A stretch of 64,000 bases of DNA from Nitrospirota bacterium (GTDB lineage: Bacteria; Nitrospirota; UBA9217): positions 640,001 to 704,000 of the forward strand of contig CAWBNQ010000001.1 in NCBI GenBank assembly GCA_963790205.1, written 5' to 3'. The first letter of the stretch is position 1. Every line of letters begins with the position of its first letter. Positions 60,901 through 64,000 of the stretch are shown here, one piece after another. Position numbers and translations under genes: made by a program. Under the pieces are notes generated by a model, which was not told where the DNA came from, ran no database searches, and was given only the letters and a program-made list of their open reading frames with translations.

Positions 60901-61343
60901 TGCTTGATCGCATCCAGCGATCTGTACGAGACGTGTCTGGGCAACGGGTGAGCCACGTTTCGCTGACCCGATACATGATTAATCTCTCGCCACTTGGAAA
61001 AGCACATGCAATTGCCAGGGCGGCGCTTGAGGCCGATGAGGTCGCAGGTTCAACCGAGAAGCTGAAGCAGCTACTTACGGATGTCGAGCGAATTGAGGTC
61101 GATCGCAGTACCGAGTTGCTCGCGGTCAAACGTGACCTAGAGCAGCTTAAAGCCATCGTCCGACGGCAATTAAAGGCGCTAAACGAAGACGTTGTACCGC
61201 TAACGGCAGCGGTCCGCGCCCTTATCTATTTGCGCGATCCATACGACGCCGTGATGGATCAGCACGTTGCCCTTGGACTACAAGATGACCTCGAAGTGAT
61301 TCGATCGGCAGCCCGCGTGCTGGCGAGGATTCCCGTCAATTAG
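57921..61343 (+). CDS. SF2/SNF2-like helicase (Azaca ZacC-like)
   Basis: LADEVGLGKT, DEVQ, LSATPY, FNSPFWPFVL, GQEGLDFH, NPVDLEQREGRINR. Confidence 0.85.
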   Translation: MSDLKLAEFQSAAAQTICDRLTDRNGSRRFLLADEVGLGKTVVARGVIEELLRRRRGRDLNVVYLCSNSEIADQNRIKLAPKAPPSVRRITQLAWSGSGSDSDRLQLYSFTPGTSLTAGTGMAWERRMLLYLAYRVLRLDILRGNWRNYFRCGAGKENWRKDTRFRSLKNEFSRKLRSGLQERIADEWKKPIEIGGATLVPLSALRAEVDMFDPEDPESRRRRNKLIGILRTGAQRALLDELEPHLVILDEVQRFREVIEEAGSKKSIAARLFERDPAVLILSATPYRMLSLDHEGQGNYDEFLDTVRFLFAAKGKGEVNNLRADLKAFRERLEVGVFLRGNDTDLLTLKFRIETRLRKVICRTERNAYIQDQSKGIEEFRPTGNAFAVPQKQEVVDFIRLRRFLLDKVDTSQHITEYWKSCPAPFTFMDAQYAPMAAAKRKKAIVPTGVVEPPSRLRELAHRNLRFRQLFQAVFGATNTPWKFLWTRPTYTYYRDEFFRDADPAKMLVFSGWRFVPKAIALLTSLEAEQRIAPHGRLWEAEYSQPLSFTEKGSYHIFDVCFPSPALARLIEPSSMAYEELTAKEVLKRSRKSLKAALTKAGIVIADTNNSPLWQVVARLEKNASTLVHLKLKECSAYRGNHATDLFEEHVDTFVDWMNSDEPLRISEERLTHLAMIVAFSPAIALLRAFWSTFPSAGRQVPIGLVDLCFGALRSYFNRRTVRAIVQRSVPEGRRYARAVIEYCQRAHFQAVADEYLYVGKNVLQRNTPGEMAEHLQRVLGIGTGSPNINLTTDTGRLRQDQLARRAHFALAFGEDLKADQESHLEQSGPSRKTAVREAFNSPFWPFVLSTTSVGQEGLDFHLFCRDIVHWNLPSNPVDLEQREGRINRRDGLVIRRAIAREWPMKRLTRALTGEPTSFWDGVFNVIGEASDVQRYKHGLYPHWIFESRGGQVERIRRHLFFYADSQDASRYDELKERLALYRLVFGQPRQQDLLDRIQRSVRDVSGQRVSHVSLTRYMINLSPLGKAHAIARAALEADEVAGSTEKLKQLLTDVERIEVDRSTELLAVKRDLEQLKAIVRRQLKALNEDVVPLTAAVRALIYLRDPYDAVMDQHVALGLQDDLEVIRSAARVLARIPVN

Positions 61344-61549
61344 AGGGCGACTGCGTTGTCTGGCGGTTCTTGGTTTTCCAGCCGATGAGCCGGTGAGTTT
61401 CTGCGCCGTTCATTAGCGACGTTTATGTGCATGTTACCAGATAAGTAATCAGTATTTTGCACGATGTAGTGGGTGGAGCTGATATTGTCTGTCTATCTTA
61501 TCCGATGCTGAAATACTTCTTGAAGTATATACTATCGGGATCTAAAGTC

Positions 61550-61643
61550 AGTGTCCGGCCAGATCGGAATTGATGTCTGACGCAAACTGGAGCGGTCGTT
61601 CGAACGCGATCGGAACGGATGTCCGATCCTATTGGAATACGCA
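61550..61643 (+). mobile_element. Orphan IS21-family-like terminal end
   Basis: GGAATACGCA terminus (61634-61643) preceded by two 19-bp imperfect repeats (61562-61580, 61608-61626); no istAB in window. Confidence 0.45.
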
Positions 61644-61664
61644 GCTCTTGACAGGAGAATCAAT

Positions 61665-62135
61665 ATGGACGCAATAATTGAGCTCTTTACTGTTGCGATA
61701 CAAGATCTAAAAAATAAAGACAACCCCATTTTGCGAAACCAGATAAGAGAGGAATCTATAAATCATCGGCTTGCTTGTTATTTGGAAAAACACCTGAATG
61801 AGTTTCAAGGCGGAAGTACTTGCGTAGATATTGAATACGACAAGCATGGTGATGATAAAAAAGAGAATGTCTATAAAAAAGAATTTAGGCCCGACATAAT
61901 AATTCATCGAAGAATGGTCGACAGCCATAATTATGCTTATGTTGAGGCAAAGAAAAATCCAACACAAAGAGAAATAATCGAAGATGAGAAGAAAATAGAG
62001 CTGGCAATAAAACCACCGTTCAATTACAAATGGGGGATCCGAGTCACGTACGGAAATGGTTTTGAAAAAATAAGACTAAAGCTGTTCTGGCTAAACAAAG
62101 ATTCTGCTGTAGAAAAAAAAGACTTAGAAATCTAA
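61665..62135 (+). CDS. PD-(D/E)XK nuclease-like hypothetical protein
   Basis: REESINHRLA..VDIEYDK..RPDIIIHRR..VEAKK; AGGAG RBS. Confidence 0.65.
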   Translation: MDAIIELFTVAIQDLKNKDNPILRNQIREESINHRLACYLEKHLNEFQGGSTCVDIEYDKHGDDKKENVYKKEFRPDIIIHRRMVDSHNYAYVEAKKNPTQREIIEDEKKIELAIKPPFNYKWGIRVTYGNGFEKIRLKLFWLNKDSAVEKKDLEI

Positions 62136-62191
62136 GCCAGCTCGTTGTCAATAAATTAAATAGTGAAAGATAGTAGGAGACTTGGTCGATT

Positions 62192-62755
62192 ATGGGCGCC
62201 ACACGTATAAAATATCAAGAGGCCGAGTTCTTCCTCAACAAGCTGGACGAGCATTACTACGATGATATTCAAAACATGCTTGCCGGCAAAATCGATCGGC
62301 CTATTTTTCTTTATAATCTAAGTGCCTTCTTGAGTGCTGCCCGAAGTGTCACATGGATTATGCGCAATGAATATGCCACCATTCCTGGATGGGAGCAGTG
62401 GTTCCGAGGCCAGGCCCCCGAGAAGGAAGAGGCTCAATTGCTCTCGCTATTTAACCAGCTTCGTATCAAGAGTGAGAAAATTCGTCCAATTCGTCCGGGA
62501 AGGGCATTCCGCCTCGAGGGTGATAAAGGTTCTCCGATTGAGCGCGATCCGCGCCTACCGCGGTTTCACATCACTATAACCGCAGTCGACCCAGAATCAG
62601 GTTCCGGGCCGGTTATGGCCGGCGAGGTCGTCGAGTGTAGTTGGACTATTGATGAACTCGATGGTGCAGATCTCGTAACAGCCTGCCGTAGGTATCTTCA
62701 ATCGATCGGAACTCTTCTTGAAAAATGCGAAGCACAGTTCGGATCACCTACATAA
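62192..62755 (+). CDS. Hypothetical protein
   Basis: 187-aa ORF, AGGAG RBS, EAEFFL..LSAFLSAARSV helical pattern. Confidence 0.65.
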   Translation: MGATRIKYQEAEFFLNKLDEHYYDDIQNMLAGKIDRPIFLYNLSAFLSAARSVTWIMRNEYATIPGWEQWFRGQAPEKEEAQLLSLFNQLRIKSEKIRPIRPGRAFRLEGDKGSPIERDPRLPRFHITITAVDPESGSGPVMAGEVVECSWTIDELDGADLVTACRRYLQSIGTLLEKCEAQFGSPT

Positions 62756-62815
62756 TAATGTCAGATAAATCAGGCTTGGCGATATCCCCCCTTGTAATGG
62801 AATAATATCAAGCAA

Positions 62816-64000
62816 TCAAGCAGATTCCCGACATGGTAGTCTGAATCGATCTCCCTTGGCTCTACGACTCCTGCTCCCATCCCCGCAGTCCAGACATTCT
62901 TTATTCGTTGCAGGCTCCACACTACTTACTGTGCGCTCCCGTATAAACCCTATCAGGTGATTCAGGGAAACAGTGCCCTCATAAAGGCCGGTAAACATCA
63001 TCATTAGATCATTGACCACTTGTGCCGCAGAGAGAACATTGAGCGTAATTACGCTTGGTTCCTTGATTTCTTCGTCATCAACGTAGCGCTGCGATTTTTT
63101 TTCACCCTCTGAAAGCGCCTCCTGTCTGAGTCGTTCTGGAGAGATCAACTGATGGCAATCTAAACAGCCACCACCGTTATACGGAAGAACCAGGCGGCTC
63201 GCAACATGGATGTCGCCGACCGCGCCAGTGTTCTTATCAATCCCGACTTTCGCACCGATCTGTGCTCCAGGAATGAGATATTGATGAACGAGAGCATTAA
63301 ACACAAGGCGGCTCTGTGTTGTGTCGCTTGCCAAAAACAAAAAATCGGCATCTGTTAATAGGCAGGCAGTCTGTTTATCGACGACGTCACCGACGACAGC
63401 ATCGTAGCGTATTCTTGGCCTGGCTTGTTTCGCCACACGTTCGGCGACTCTTACCTTGTGTCGCGCATAACGCCTCCCGAGTTGTTGAAAAAAAGGATGC
63501 TTGCTCCCCGACAGGAAGGAGAGAGCATCCCAGTGAGTCGCACCGACAATCCGCGGCAAGTTCGTAATATCGACCCTGTCAAAATCAACAGCCACGATAT
63601 GGCCGACCCCGAGACGGGCAAGCCACTCATTTATCAGTGAACCGCCGCCGCCGAGACCAATTATCCCAACCTTCAGATTTGAAAGTATATACTGCCCGAG
63701 ATCACCAAAGAGCCTGGCATTTCGATCATCAATGAGATCGGCTTTCGGAGGCCGTTTTGCTCGTTCAGGGTATAAGTGCTGGATCCGGGGACCGATTACT
63801 GTGGCATGATTTAATGCAAACCGTCCTTCGGGTGTCCATATATCCCCGGCAACCGCATTTTTTGCAAAGACTAGTGCCCCAACAGGACCGCCGTGGGTTA
63901 TGTCAAGAAGGGCTGGGTAGCCCCGTTCGTGCGATGCAATATCTGTACTGGAAAAAGCGACGCTGTCTGAACCGCGGTGGCAGTGAACCGCGAGATAGCA
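62816..64000 (-). CDS. JAB-domain + ThiF/E1-like fusion protein, 5'-truncated by the window edge
   Basis: Frame is open to 64000: VHCHRGSDSVAFSSTD (JAB HxH..SxxD), IIGLGGGGS..VDFD..NLPR, GCLDC and CLDC Zn pairs. Confidence 0.8.
   Translation of the reverse strand, partial: CYLAVHCHRGSDSVAFSSTDIASHERGYPALLDITHGGPVGALVFAKNAVAGDIWTPEGRFALNHATVIGPRIQHLYPERAKRPPKADLIDDRNARLFGDLGQYILSNLKVGIIGLGGGGSLINEWLARLGVGHIVAVDFDRVDITNLPRIVGATHWDALSFLSGSKHPFFQQLGRRYARHKVRVAERVAKQARPRIRYDAVVGDVVDKQTACLLTDADFLFLASDTTQSRLVFNALVHQYLIPGAQIGAKVGIDKNTGAVGDIHVASRLVLPYNGGGCLDCHQLISPERLRQEALSEGEKKSQRYVDDEEIKEPSVITLNVLSAAQVVNDLMMMFTGLYEGTVSLNHLIGFIRERTVSSVEPATNKECLDCGDGSRSRRAKGDRFRLPCRESA

Overview
The window has two parts. 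Positions 1-34.3 kb look like GC-rich core chromosome of an anaerobic Gram-negative bacterium (Nitrospirota/deltaproteobacteria-like by gene content; inference only). They carry gmhA, rsmA, a dppB/dppC pair split by a hybrid kinase, and a W/Mo/Se module: two tupA paralogues, modABC, a selenocysteine formate dehydrogenase with UGA and SECIS, two LysR regulators, yedF and mnmA. Also present are cytochrome c biogenesis genes, HU, two Slp lipoproteins, ftsH, and a six-gene locus of TonB receptor, Lys-rich CC-containing precursor peptide, radical SAM/SPASM maturase, periplasmic binding protein, sensor kinase and response regulator. From about 34.3 kb to the end is a visibly more AT-rich mobile/defence island. 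It contains an IS110 element whose 3' non-coding end holds a readable bridge/seek-RNA guide matching its own insertion site, and cassette-like orphan genes with decayed attC-like sites (including a nucleotide-cyclase-like gene next to a membrane protein). It also contains a type I R-M system, a three-tyrosine-recombinase (GInt-like) module, an Azaca-like DUF6361/PLD/helicase operon, and a JAB-E1 fusion cut by the window edge. Family calls come from motif recognition, not from database searches.
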